Assembly (NCBI GenBank): GCA_010015805.1
Contig: ML978125.1
Coordinates: 310,001-374,000, forward strand
DNA: 64,000 nucleotides
DNA from: Rhizodiscina lignyota
Lineage: Eukaryota
Reading direction: 5' to 3'
Made by a program: the position numbers and the translations under genes. The notes below the pieces were generated by a model. The model saw only the letters and a program-made list of their open reading frames with translations, was not told where the DNA came from and did no database searches. Positions 38,728 to 50,814 of this stretch are shown here, piece by piece (the stretch's first letter is position 1; every line of letters begins with the position of its first letter).

Positions 38728-40329
38728 TTACCCACTGTAGTACGCCTCGTCATCCATATCCATAAACTCTTCATCCACCTCTTCCCAGATAAGCATCTCC
38801 CCTTCCACCTCCACCACCTTCCCTTGATCCTGCCTCCTCTTGAAGTATTCCTTCCACTCCGGCTCAAGTTCCATCTCTCCCATCAGATCCTCCAAGCTGA
38901 TATCGTCATCCCAACTCTTGACCTTCCCCAGCTGTCCACCTCTTGCATACCTTTGTGCCAACTCCACCAGCTTGACACAGAACCGTACCCAACCTTCCAC
39001 CGCTCGGACGTCCAGTGTGCCGGTGTGCTGTCGGAATTCGACGGTTCGTGGGCGCGCGCCGTTTGCCGCCGATGCAGCGAAATTGACAATGTGCATCTTG
39101 TTGCCCACATACTGGATGAGGGCAGCGACAGGATCCCTTGCCCGATCCACACGATCAAATAGGCACGTGCGGATCTCTTCCAAGCTCTTCAACCCGGGCT
39201 GGTACCACCTCTTCTTCCCGTCGCCGTCGGTTCGGAGGATCGGGCCGGTCGGTTCGGCGTAGAAGTTCTCGCGGTTCGAGACGATTAGGTCGGAGCGGCC
39301 GCGGCGGGACGAGTGGTGGATCGTCGAGATCTCGTGTGCGTAGACGATGACGAGGTAGGCGAGGGTCTGGAGGGTTCGCGTATCGAAGGCGGTGCCGTCG
39401 GGGAGGCCGACGTGGACGTGGAAACCGCATTGGAGGTCGGCGGTCGAAGTGTGGAGCGGTTGGTCGCGTCGGAAGTTGTCGATCGATCGTTTTTTGAGGA
39501 TGTCGGCGGTTGCGAAGGTGAAGGAGTTTGCGGCGTGCCTGAAAGAATGCCTATGGCCCTGTAACGTTGTTACGATCTTTTTCAAATCTTGAAGGAAGGG
39601 GGAAACACTGCGATACGGCGGCGAGACGAGCTCAACGCCGTAAGAATCCCACTCATCCAGATCAAGCGGTCGGGAGACGTTGGAGATGGGTGCAATGGCG
39701 TTTGTCATCGTCCGTTTGTCGGTTCCGCTGAGGCTGATATCGTCGGTGATCGTCCACGCCTCATACCGGTCCTTCTTGGACCAGTCGTCGCTGTGAAAAA
39801 CGTCGAATCGTTGTTGGAGTGCCGAGGACAACAGACCGTGGAGGATGTGGAGTGGCTCGGTATGATACGCTCGAATGGAGGCAGGGACTGTGGTGCGTTT
39901 GCCGGATATGCTGGTGAGCTGCTTTTCCGTAGAGGAGCAGAAGGAAGGCTTGACTGTGGTAGGATTGTCTCCTGCATCCGTCAGCGCCCAGCTGTTGTAC
40001 GGAATGGATCGATGAAGTTTTTGGCGAAGCATAAGCTCTTCCTCCCAAGACACGTCCTTGACGATGGCCGATGTTTTGAAGTGCTCTCGAAGGTAACCGA
40101 GTAACAGGTCCTCGTGGAAGAGAAAGACGAATTCGAGCTCGACGCCAAAAGTGAGGCAGGGTCGCGGTGCAACGTCGCCGGATTCGTAGGAGGAAGGAGT
40201 CGTCGTGCTGTTTACTAGCTGTTCCTGATACTCCCACTGTGCACGGATATTAGCCATTTCGTCTCTTGACAATATTCTCAGCGAGGTGGGGAGAGATGGA
40301 AAGGCAGATGGGAAGGGGTCCAGAGACAT
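38728..40329 (-). CDS. Putative amidoligase enzyme (COOH-NH2 ligase/glutamine-synthetase-like fold)
   Basis: Uninterrupted 533-aa ORF with TFGVELEF, W.ITDD.S, GVELVSP, CGFHVHVG, VNF and TVEFRQH.GTLD. The start could instead be the Met at ~40257. Confidence 0.8.
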   Translation of the reverse strand: MSLDPFPSAFPSLPTSLRILSRDEMANIRAQWEYQEQLVNSTTTPSSYESGDVAPRPCLTFGVELEFVFLFHEDLLLGYLREHFKTSAIVKDVSWEEELMLRQKLHRSIPYNSWALTDAGDNPTTVKPSFCSSTEKQLTSISGKRTTVPASIRAYHTEPLHILHGLLSSALQQRFDVFHSDDWSKKDRYEAWTITDDISLSGTDKRTMTNAIAPISNVSRPLDLDEWDSYGVELVSPPYRSVSPFLQDLKKIVTTLQGHRHSFRHAANSFTFATADILKKRSIDNFRRDQPLHTSTADLQCGFHVHVGLPDGTAFDTRTLQTLAYLVIVYAHEISTIHHSSRRGRSDLIVSNRENFYAEPTGPILRTDGDGKKRWYQPGLKSLEEIRTCLFDRVDRARDPVAALIQYVGNKMHIVNFAASAANGARPRTVEFRQHTGTLDVRAVEGWVRFCVKLVELAQRYARGGQLGKVKSWDDDISLEDLMGEMELEPEWKEYFKRRQDQGKVVEVEGEMLIWEEVDEEFMDMDDEAYYSG

Positions 40330-41185
40330 GTTAGAAAGACACAGATAGATGGCAAGAGAAGATGCAGATTGGGAGAGATGGGCAGGCAGATGGGCAGAGA
40401 TAGAGGTAGATGGCGAGGTAGATGGTGGCGATGTAGATGAAAGGAGATTGCAAGGCAGATAGTTGTAGATGGAGAGATAAATGGATGTAGATGGCGAAGT
40501 AAATGGCGAGAGAGATTGCAGGGGTAGATGGCAGAAATAGCGAAGATGTATGGAGAGGGTAGAGATAGAGGCGATGAGGCAGATGAGGCAAATGGAGGGA
40601 GACGGCGAAGATCGAGGGAAATGGTCGAAATAGACGGAAATGGCCGAGATGGTTGAGATGGAGAGAAACGGCAGAGATGGTAGATATGGCAGAGATGGTA
40701 GATGTAGCAGAGATGGTAGATATGGCAGAGATGGTAGATATGGCAGAGATGGTAGATATAGCGGAGATTGAGAGTGGAGTGAGATAGTAGAGATTGAGTG
40801 AGATGGCAGAGATGGCGAAGAGAATGAAGATGGCGATAGATGGCTGAGATAGAGTGAGATAGTTGAGATAGTGGAGATGGCGGAGTGAGATGATTGGCAT
40901 GGTAGAGGTAGATGGTAGAGGTAGATGGTAGAGGTAGATGGTAGATGGTAGAGGTAGATGGTAGAGGTAGATTGCGGAAGATGGTCGTGTATAGCTGAAA
41001 TTGCTGATGATTGAGATGGCGGGAGATGGTGAAGATGGTAGATTGGCTGATATGGAGTGAGATGGTGGAGCTGGAGTTGCGGTAGACAGGGGACAGGGCG
41101 AAGATCGAGAGGCGTGGAGAGATGCAGCTTGTATGATGGAGATGTTGTGTGTGAGAGAGCTTGTGTGTGAGAGAGCTTGTGTGCA
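40290..41185. repeat. Purine-rich low-complexity minisatellite (AGATGG-based)
   Basis: The + strand is strongly G/A-rich and C-poor. It has five 18-bp units GGCAGAGATGGTAGATAT (40670-40759), a GGTAGA(T) array (~40901-40970) and a duplicated GTGTGAGAGAGCTT (~41149-41183). Confidence 0.9.
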
Positions 41186-41579
41186 TGGGAAATTTGGTGT
41201 CTGAAGAATCTGAAAAATTGAGTGTGCAGATTGAGACTAGAAAGTGTAATGAAGAAAGAAAGAGAAGAGACGGGGATGAAGACCCCTTTATACTCTGGAG
41301 GTGCTAATTCTCACGGGCATTGATCAGAGCAGCAGCAGAAACACAGTTGATAACCGTTGAACCACATGTGCGGATGGACCAATGAAAACACATTGGAAGT
41401 CATGGAGAACGTGATGACCGTTGAAACGTGACGGGCCGCGCCGCAGATTGGTCAAAGCTCTATAAAATCGTAAGTGTACAGCGGGGTATCCACGGGCAAA
41501 AAGCCGTCTGTCCAGAACGCCTCTGCCAATACATGAAGACGGAAATCTAAGTTGTTCCAATAATGCGTGTTGACATTAC

Positions 41580-43963
41580 CTATCCACTGTCAGTGTGGCC
41601 TTTACCCTTCGAACCAAATACTCCTTTCGCCCAATCTTTGGCATGATCAAGTTTGTCAGCCAACCACTGCCACCACTTGTTTATTCTATTCTTCTCGGAT
41701 CCGTCGTCTGCTGCCTGGGTCTCTGTAGCCACAGGACTTTCTGTTGGGGAACCAGACCAGGGGAATGTAGTAGAGATCACGATTCCAGCTTCTGCGACGG
41801 ACAGACGGTCTGAGAGTAATTCTGATGCTTCTTTTGTCGCTTCCGCTAATGCAGAGCTCGCGGCTCCAGCCGCGGCCTCGGCTGCTGCAGACTCGACAGG
41901 CGTAAGAGTGTGAGTAGGTGGATCGTCTGGAGTATCGAGCTTCGGCGTCTCCGGGTCTGAGTGTAAGCCAATGGGTTTCAATGGTAGGCGCAGTGTACCA
42001 TTGTTCGGAGCCGGAGAAAGACCAATGGAATCGCAGACTATGTTGTAGACTTCCGTATTTTCTAGAGGTCGGTCAGCATGGTGGAACAATCAACCGAACT
42101 GTGGTTCTGAGGGGAGTATCTTGGCATGCGGAATCTAGAACTTACGGAAGACTTCAACCCTGCTATTCGGCTTGTGGGGGAAAGCAGGGCCCCTGGCCAC
42201 GAAGATGGCACGCATAAGCGGATGTTCATGATCGTAGCCATGCAAGCCCCTGGGATGATACACATCGCCATTCTTCAGCGCTTCTTGAACGTCAAATTCA
42301 TCTTTCTTCACAATAGCCCAACCTGCCTTTGGCACAATCCACAGAGGGGCAATGCGGTCGTTGTTCGAGAAGTGATAACGTTCCGGCATATTTTTGTCTC
42401 TCAGATAGATCTCCACATTTGGATTGTCTTTCGTATTTTCCTTGACTTGATTGTAAAGGCTCTCCAGGTCCTTGATATTCTTCGGTCGAAGTCCATAGAG
42501 AGGCCAGCCATCAGTGTGCTCTATCTTGCTAGTATCCACGAGGTCTTCCAGTTGCATCAAACGAGTGACATCAGTTGTTGCCATTCCATGATCGCTGACT
42601 ACAACGACGTTGACAAGCTGCGTCAGGTTGCGCGCTTGCAGTCCTTCAAATAACTTCTTCAGCATGTCGTCGACGTTCTTGATCGTCTGGCGGATTTCGG
42701 TGCTATTCGGCCCATATTTATGACCGTGTGTGTCGACAACTGGCACATAAGCGAGCACAAGTTGAGGGCGCTGTTCGTTGATTCGCATCGAGGAAAACTC
42801 TTCATGCTCTTGGCCTGGAAGGTCAATATACTGCAGGACCTTCTTAACCTTGTGCTCTAGCACTTCGCTTCCATTGTACTTGTCCACATGAGCAGGTTCA
42901 ATGCCTCCAATATGTGCCTCGCTACCAGGCCACATGTGGATGGCGCTTCGGACCCCTTGATTCTCAGCTGTCACCCACAGCGGCTCACCGCCCCACCACT
43001 TTGGTTGCTTTGCAGACTTTGGATGTGTATAGTAGAATTCCTCCTCGAAATCTGTATCCCAGAATGTATTCCCAACGATGCCATGAGCCTCGGGATACAT
43101 GCCAGTAGCCATGGTGTAGTGGTTCGGAAAGGTGACGGAAGGAAACGAAGGGAGCATATACAGAGGTGAGATGCCTTCGGCGATGAATGAATTGAGCGTA
43201 GGAGTGAGACCTCGCTGGAGGAAGTCGGCTCGGAAGCCGTCGAGAGACACGAGGATCGTTGTGGGAGGGAAGAAAGCGCTGCCGTTCGACAGCAATGCTT
43301 GCGTGGCCTTTGTCGAAACTTTTGTCGACTTTGAAGCTCTGTACGCTGCATACAAGAGGACTGCGAATAGGAGAATGATCGCGAGATGGATGGCCATACG
43401 CCTGAAAATCAGCTTCCGTCGCGCCTTTTCAGAAGTTAGTACAGTTCCGAGTCTCCACTGATAGTCGATCAACATACCGACTTCTGCTTCCTCACGTCAC
43501 CCAGCCTCTTCAAATCCGCTTCTGACGAGCCCACCGACTCTCTTGGCTCCTCTTCTTCTGAGCTCGGCGTCAATCTCCCGCCCTCCTCCATCTCATACAT
43601 CAACTCACTCTCGCCTTCAAGCCGTTTCCGCCTCTTGCTCCTCCTGCCATCTCTCCGCTCTCTCCGATCTTTTCGCGTGCTCTCTTTCCGCGTTGTACGA
43701 TCATCACTATTTCCCGCACCACCAAACAATCCTTTGATGACTCTACGTTGTGATTCGGGTATCAATTCCTCTCCTTCATAATCGTCCTCGAGAACCTCCC
43801 TATCCCGTTCAGCTATCTCGTTGGATGTTCTGCCATCTACGCTCTCATCCTCCTCTTCGACGCGAGCCTCAATGCTCCGCCTACTGCTCTCTACATCTGG
43901 AGCGTCGTCGTCATACTGGTCCGTCGAGAGGAGCGCTTTCTTCTCGCGATCGATCAAGGGCAT
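41580..43963 (-). CDS. NPP1: Type II membrane nucleotide pyrophosphatase/phosphodiesterase, 3 exons
   Basis: Acidic cytosolic N-terminus and one TM segment, then ILVSLDGFR, PSFPSVTFPNHYT (catalytic Thr), DTHGHKYGP, VSDHGM, GLHGYD and APNNGTL. Introns at ~43420-43475 and ~42065-42145. Confidence 0.88.
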
Positions 43964-44644
43964 TTCGGGGGCGGAGCGTGTATTTCAGCGTCATCAATTC
44001 AGACAAAGCTTCAGAGGAAGGAGCCAATCAAGGACTAGCGCGCCATGTGAACGAGCGTCAAGAAGAAAGGTAGAGTTTACGCCAGACATGGGCAGGTTGT
44101 TCACCTGCCAGCACGACAGCTGCGACATCAACGGAGACGCCGCAGGGATGTACTAGTCCGCATGGGCAATAGCGCGACTGCTTGGGCGAGCTTGTTGGAG
44201 ATTAGCACCGGCATTTCCCCGCACCTACACGACATGGGTGATCTCCGAAGCTCTTGGCAGCTGCATGCTCTCACCACACAATTTGCCCTTCATCCCAAAT
44301 CCTGCTCGCAGGGCATGGGCTCGACAGCCACCAACCCTTTGAATTCGAGGGCAACCATGCCGACTCTGGCCAGCGATTCCACATTCTTCAGCCGCTGTCA
44401 GCCTTGGGCCTTCATCTGTGCCATCACCATTCCCTTCTCGTCATTCCACCGCTGCATGATCCTGCATCATCATGCGACAGCAGCCATGCTCTCCAACTTC
44501 CCGCGTCTGTGTGACCCTCTGACCGCTGGTACGTAGTCAGGTAGTGTAGTATATAGTCATGAAACCCCACTTTCTTTGATTCTCTCTGCGCGAGGCTGCT
44601 TTGTCTTGCTCGCGAGCATTCTATTTCTGCCCCTGTCTATCAAA

Positions 44645-47016
44645 ATGGCCGAGAAAGAACATGCCGAAGGCACTCCGTACATCACCCCAAACTCTTGCGC
44701 CATATCCATGAGCTGACTAATTTTTCCCCCAGTGATGCCGCTCCTGATTTCGTTCCGGAGCGTCGTGGCTCTATCCTCTTCGATAGTGAAGGTAGCATGC
44801 CCTGCCCTGCAACTGTAATCGATGGCTAACGTCCAATACAGCCAAACGCAGAGCGAGCATTGCCAATCTAACGTCCAACACGACGGGAGAGTATGTTATC
44901 CATCCTGGTCTGAGGCTGTCATACTCACCCAGTCAGGATCCAAAATCCCCTCGTCGGCGTCTCGCAAGATGTTCTCATGCAAGATGTCGAGAAATACGCT
45001 GCAGAGTACAATCTGGGACATATCTTACCATTACTCAAGAAGGGTGCTCTGGCTGCGCAGAGCCCACATCTGATTGATAGTTTGCCCGATTTGGACGAAG
45101 ACGAGAGACAAGCTTTCCGAGAGGAGACGACGCACCGCTTCAAGCATCCAAGGATACTGTACTTTACCATCATCCTGAACTCGATTGCTGCCGCAATTCA
45201 GGGTTGGGATCAGACTGGTTCGAACGGCGCTAATCTGGACTGGCCACTGGCTTTTGGTATCGATGACACTGATGGTGGTCCGTGTACTGCAAAGGGAACC
45301 TGCGCCCGAAACCAATGGCTGGTTGGCGTGGTCAACTCAATGCCCTACTTTGCCATCTTCTTATTGTGAGTGTACTACAAGTTCTCCAATTTTTCAAGTT
45401 TGATGTGTTACACAGTGCCGGATGGGCTTCTGACCCCATGAACCACTGGTTCGGTCGACGAACTACAATCTTCGTGGCGGCTATCTTCTCTGTGCTTGCA
45501 CCAATTGGATCAGGCCTCACGCAGCACTGGGGTCAGCTCATCGCTACTCGTATTCTGCTCGGTATCGGTATGGGCCTGAAAGAGGTTACTGTACCAGTCT
45601 TCTCCGCGGAAGTAGCTCCTGCAAATATTCGAGGCGCGCTGGTCATGACGTGGCAGCTTTGGACGGCTTTCGGTATTTTCTTAGGCACCTGTGCCAACCT
45701 TGCCGTGAAAGATGTCGGTAAAATCGCATGGAGGCTTCAACTGGGATCTGCCTTCATCCCGGCCGTCCCGTTGCTCATTGGAATCTATTTCTGTCCGGAA
45801 TCGCCCAGGTAAAGCGTCTTCCTCTGACGTTGTAACTCAGATTACTGACCCGTAGTAGATGGCTGATGTCCAAGGGACGGCATGCGGACGCATACAAGTC
45901 TCTGGTCAGACTTCGGAACCACCCAACCCAGGCTGCCAAGGAGCTCTACTATGTCCATGCTCAGATGCAGCAAGAACAGATTCTGATTGAAGAAGCGGGC
46001 TTCGCTGTCAACGCTAGCTTCTTCACGAGATTTGTTGAAATCTTTACCATACCCCGCCTACGACGTGCGACTCAAGCTTCCGGTATTGTCATGATTGCCC
46101 AGCAAATGTGTGGCAGTAAGTACCAGTACCCATCTGTGACTGTGCGGATTTCTCACTAACCTTCTAGTCAACATCATCGCTTTCTATTCGTCCACAATCT
46201 TCGCTCAAGCTGGTGCTACCGTCACTGGCGCACTTCTCGCTTCTTGGGGATTCGGTCTCATCAATTTCGTCTTCGCTTGGCCAGCAATCTGGACTATTGA
46301 CACCTACGGACGGCGTTCGCTTCTGCTATTTACGTTCCCAAACATGTGCTGGACTCTACTCGCTGCAGGCCTTTGCTTCCTGATTCCTAAATCGAGCACC
46401 GCGCATCTTGGACTTGTCGCTCTTTTCGTATATATGTTCGATGCCTTCTACTCTCCTGGCGAAGGGCCGGTACCGTTTACATACTCCGCGGAAGTCTTCC
46501 CACTGTCGCATCGTGAAGTAGGCATGGCCTGGGCTGTCGCTACAAATAATTTCTGGGCTACCGCTGTGTCTCTTACCTTCCCGCGCCAACTCAGTGCCTT
46601 CAGTCCTACCGGCGCTTTCGGATTCTACGCGGCTATGAATGCTATTGCGTTCGTCATGATCTTCTTGTGGCTTCCAGAGACCAAGCAGAGGACTCTTGAA
46701 GGTAAGCGATTTCTTTTGGGAACCGAATTCCGTCTTTACTAATGCACATGCGATAGAACTTGACTACGTATTCGGCGTTCCAACGCGCACTCACATGAAG
46801 TACCAGGTCGGCACAGTGATGCCGTACTGGATCAAGACGGTCATCTTGCGCCGTAAGGGCCTTACACCCCCAACGCTGTACAAGTTCGACCAATACAGCG
46901 ACGACAGCGCCAGAGAGCAGGTCACTACCAAAGAGGAGGGGACCACCCACATGGACAATGGCACGAATGGGACGAATGGTGACACAAATGGCGCAAAGGA
47001 CGAGGTGACCGTTTAA
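44645..47016 (+). CDS. MFS sugar/polyol (myo-inositol-type) transporter, many exons
   Basis: [74 protein letters not shown] and [12 protein letters not shown]. Three short 5' exons splice in frame. Confidence 0.9.
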
Positions 47017-47579
47017 ACCTCCGCATGGCAACCTAATGAATGTGACATCTCCGGCTCCGTTGTACGGATTGTCAATCGTGGCTTCCTCGTCACAATAGCT
47101 CATGCTTTACACATAAACTGGCATTAAATCAGAATGTGTACGTTACGTAATGTTGATACCAGTACCAATCATTTAATATATCAATTAATTATTTGTACAC
47201 GAGTGACACTGCACTATCCTAGCTACTCGAGATCTTTGGTTCCGTCATAAATGTGATATATTATGAAATTTCGAGGAAACCCAATAACAGAGGAGATTGT
47301 TCTCCAGTTTTAAAATTAAACTCTTCTATATCCATTCATGAGAATACCATATAAGTAATTTGCTGCATCGCAAAGCGGCTCTCGGCATTCCTTGGTTGAA
47401 GTCTACGTCAACATGACCACGCCGAGAGCCGATAGACGGCGACCTGAATGGATTTTCGCGCGAGTAAGGTGTACGACCGATTATAAACAACAGCATATAT
47501 CTTCGACGCCATAAGTACAACTCACCGACCATGATCATCCTGGAAATCCTGCATACCAGCCAAAACCACCGTAGTGATA

Positions 47580-48427
47580 ATGGATTCGCACCCAACGCTC
47601 CCTTCTTCTCCAGCGTCAGTCCATGCGCACGAAGCACGTGCAAGGACGAGCTCAATCGCGATAAGGCAACGAGGTGATGATGATGATGATGATGATGAAA
47701 GGCATGTGCAACGAGGCGCGACGGAGTTATCTCCCATAGACCACTCTTCAACTGGCACGCCGCGAAATGAGAGTGCAAGCCGCCGAAGGCAATCAGGTTC
47801 ACAGGACGCCAACTCAGAAAGAGCTGGGAATGCACGAACGCAGCAAAGCTCTCACTGGTTTGAGAGCGTAAGGAAGTGGTGGGTAAGGCACGTCAGCGTG
47901 TCGGCACCGATAGAGAAGAGACGGGATCATTTGGGTACGTTGCATCCCAAATACACTGGATACATGAGCTAGCTCTCCTGCTCCCGCCGAGAGCGATAAT
48001 TGACATCTCATCCAGCACTCGAGCGCACGTTTCTAGGCTACGTCCGGACCTCTGTCGCCCTTAGCATGACTGGCGTAACCGTCGCGCAGCTCTTCCGGCT
48101 GCAGCACTCCATCAACCCAGATCCCGACTTCGGGTATTATGTCGTCGGGGTTCCGATCGGAGTGACCTTTGTCTGCGCCTCGATCTTCGTGGTGCTCGTC
48201 GGCGCATTCCGCTTCTGGCGGCAGCAGAGCGCCATGTTCAGAGGGAAGTGCTTTGCTGGGGGTTGGGAGATTGTTGCGATCATGGGTCTGAGCATCATTG
48301 TGAGTGGATACATAACAGGAACTGTGTATGGTTTCGATATTGGTCATTATTAACAGCTAGGAAACAGCTATGCGTCGCGCTATTCGCGGTCCTTCTCGCG
48401 GCCGACATCCGTAAGACCTATGGCTGA
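47580..48427 (+). CDS. DUF202 (YidH/Vtc1-like) membrane protein, 3 exons
   Basis: RDHL|ALERTFLGYVRTS signature with three hydrophobic segments and RFWRQQSAM.RG. The last exon is LCVALFAVLLAADIRKTYG*. Confidence 0.8.
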
Positions 48428-48578
48428 TAGATCTCTTTCGGCCATAATCCTAACCCGTGGTATAGAAGGAACCTCATTCTGAATGCAATGCTCTACGCTT
48501 GAGCGCCGTCGCCATGCAAAAAGTATAAATCGAATAGCAAAATTGGGAGCGTCTGACTGCGACGAGGCCCATTACCTA

Positions 48579-50013
48579 TTACGAGGCTGCCTTCATCAGC
48601 CCGCACGCCGAGCAAGTCCACCATTGCTTCTCCATGAAGGAACCGCAGTAACGGCAGTTCCAACCCATCGGATCATCGTCTTTGGAGTTGCTGTCCGGCA
48701 ACCACGTAGGGAGAGGCTGGTTGGACGAGTGCTTCAGGCTCTCGAAAGATCGTTCAGCACCGCAGGCTTCGCAAGCAAGGTAGTTGGAAGGGTTCTCGAG
48801 AGTGCAGACCTCACATGCCCAAATTGGAGAGATAGGTTCTGGGGGCACCGCCGCCGATCTTGAGCTTGACGCATCCAAGGGCACATCCGAGGGAATGCTT
48901 GGTAATGGTTTATTTTTACGTGCATCGGCGTCCGCGACGAGTCTGGAAACCGGGCGGCCATGACGGTCCACTGGACGTGGAGCATGCCTGGTATGACCGT
49001 TCTGAGCTGGCCTGGTGGAGCCATTCAGGACTGATGGTGGAGGCTTGGAATTTGTAGGGACGGCGGGCGGATTCGAAGGCTGCGCAAACTCCAGACCACC
49101 TTCTTTAGTCCACGTGAGGCCCTCTTCTGCTGGCTTCCAACCAGCCAGTTTGCGCTCTTCATCTTCCTCCATCAGCTCGATCATTGCTTGCTGAATCGCC
49201 AATTCGTTTGCTTCGTCTTCTTGTGCCTTTGTCTCGAAGCCGTTACGTTTAGCCTGCTCCAAGGCCTTCTTGCCCTCCTCAGTGCCAGATGCGCACCCCT
49301 TCGTGACTTCTGCACGACGAATAGCGGCGTCTCTTACAGCTTCACGGCTGGGTGGCCTGGGTTGAGCATAGCCGCCAAGCTTATGCCCAGGCCCGTACGG
49401 TCCTTGTCGCCTTTGCCGCTCCGCGTGATTGCGTTGAGCCTGGGCTCTTGCCTGTCGCTGCATCTCCTCGTAGGGCATACGGCGTCCACCCAAGGCCTGG
49501 CCCTTCCCCATGAAGCCTTCGCCTGTGAAGCCTCTCATAAGTTGACGCTCAGCCTCATCGCGGAGCTCGTTCCACAGTGCATGAAATATCTCGTCATGTG
49601 GACCACGTTTGATATGGCATAACCTGAAAATCATGTCAACACTTCGACTAGGTAAAATGGTAGAGAGGAAACACACTCGTGCAAGAGAGTATCCATGCAT
49701 GCTTCATACGGCATGAACTGCCTTGGATCTGCTGCATGGCGAAGTCGTACGAGAATTCGCTCCCCATGATTCTCGTTGAGACCTAAAAAGTGTATCAGCG
49801 CCATCGCAATAAATGGGAAAATTAGGCCGTACCATAGAGCCTGGGGTCATCTGGCAGAAATTCCTGGAGGACCCCAACGCGCCAGCCGCGCTTCCTCATA
49901 ATGGGCTTGACGAAGGAAGCCATTTTCTGGAGTGTAAGGAGGGCTTCTTGAGCACGAGGTAGGTGTGCCATGTGTATATACGTGCCGAAGCACGAGTCGT
50001 GTTCGCGAGCCAT
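48579..50013 (-). CDS. WSS1: WLM-domain metalloprotease (Wss1-like) with C-terminal RanBP2-type zinc fingers
   Basis: VKPIMRKRGWRVGVLQEF, GLN…LVRLR, LHE|LCH (HExxH split by an intron), GPHDEIF, F.GKGQALGG (SHP box), WACEVCTLEN…CEAC and WNCRYC…WWTCSAC. Confidence 0.88.
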
Positions 50014-50457
50014 GATGAATCAAAGTTGGGCTTTTGGAACTGCCCTTTTGAGGGCTTTGATCAGTAGGCTGAGAAATAAGTTGTCGTGGTAGAAGGAGAA
50101 GTTTGAGAGTGACTAGGAGCAGAGAGTGAAGTAGGTACTATGTTACAAGGAAGCGCAAGGGTGACGCAGATTGTAATCTGTGATAAGTTGGCGCGTAGAA
50201 GGTCACGTAGAACCCCACGGAAGGGAAGCGGAGGCGATTTCGATTACAGAAATCGAATGAGTGAACCGTTAGGTTGACTCCAGCCACGTCAGCCGCTCTC
50301 ACCGAGCACTGTTCACCACAACATGTATCGCGCAGCTTGGAGACAAACGGCTGTGACTTTCATCGGTATCGCTGTGATAATACCCGAAATAAAGCGAAAT
50401 AGGGGTGGCTTGGAGCCTGTAAGCTCCACCGTGGCGTAGATCCAGCCGGATTTCCTG

Positions 50458-50491
50458 CACGTGATCAAATCTAAGTACGGCTGGTCACGTG
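50458..50491. promoter_or_regulatory. Two RTCACGTG bHLH (Cbf1/SREBP-type) E-boxes upstream of WSS1
   Basis: CACGTG at 50458-50463 and 50486-50491, each within an RTCACGTG octamer on one strand. Confidence 0.35.
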
Positions 50492-50814
50492 GACTCTAAT
50501 TTTGGAAGTTGTGGTGGCTCAAGTGTACAGCACGCATGTTGATGTTGAATTGATTTGACCATTCGACTAAGTCGAACTCATTTCATCGATGCTTGCGGGC
50601 AGATGCCGTAGCGAAGAGAGCAAGCAATATCTGTTCAGGGACGTATTGGGGCTGTGAAGATAAGCTATATTCAGCTCAATGTGGGAGCCCTGATAAATGG
50701 AGACTCCTTCATGACTTCTGAGACAGTTTCGTAGATAAGTAAAAGTTGGGGTATCGCTCTAGTTTCATGATCCTGAACTCCGAAAACGGCTTCTCATACG
50801 CGAGTTAACCAGTA

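Noticed and set aside
40670..40759. Regular repeats as a CRISPR-like array
   Set aside because: These are head-to-tail tandem units with no unique spacers, in a eukaryotic context with no cas genes.
40278..41186. 302-aa His/Leu/Ser-rich ORF as a bona fide gene
   Set aside because: The open frame is explained by the C/T-rich repeat, which rarely forms stop codons, and there is no domain evidence. It is kept only as a possible uORF.
15444..50013. HMCES, AlkB-like and Wss1 as a DNA-protein-crosslink repair cluster
   Set aside because: Wss1 is about 32 kb away with many unrelated genes in between, so co-location is probably chance.
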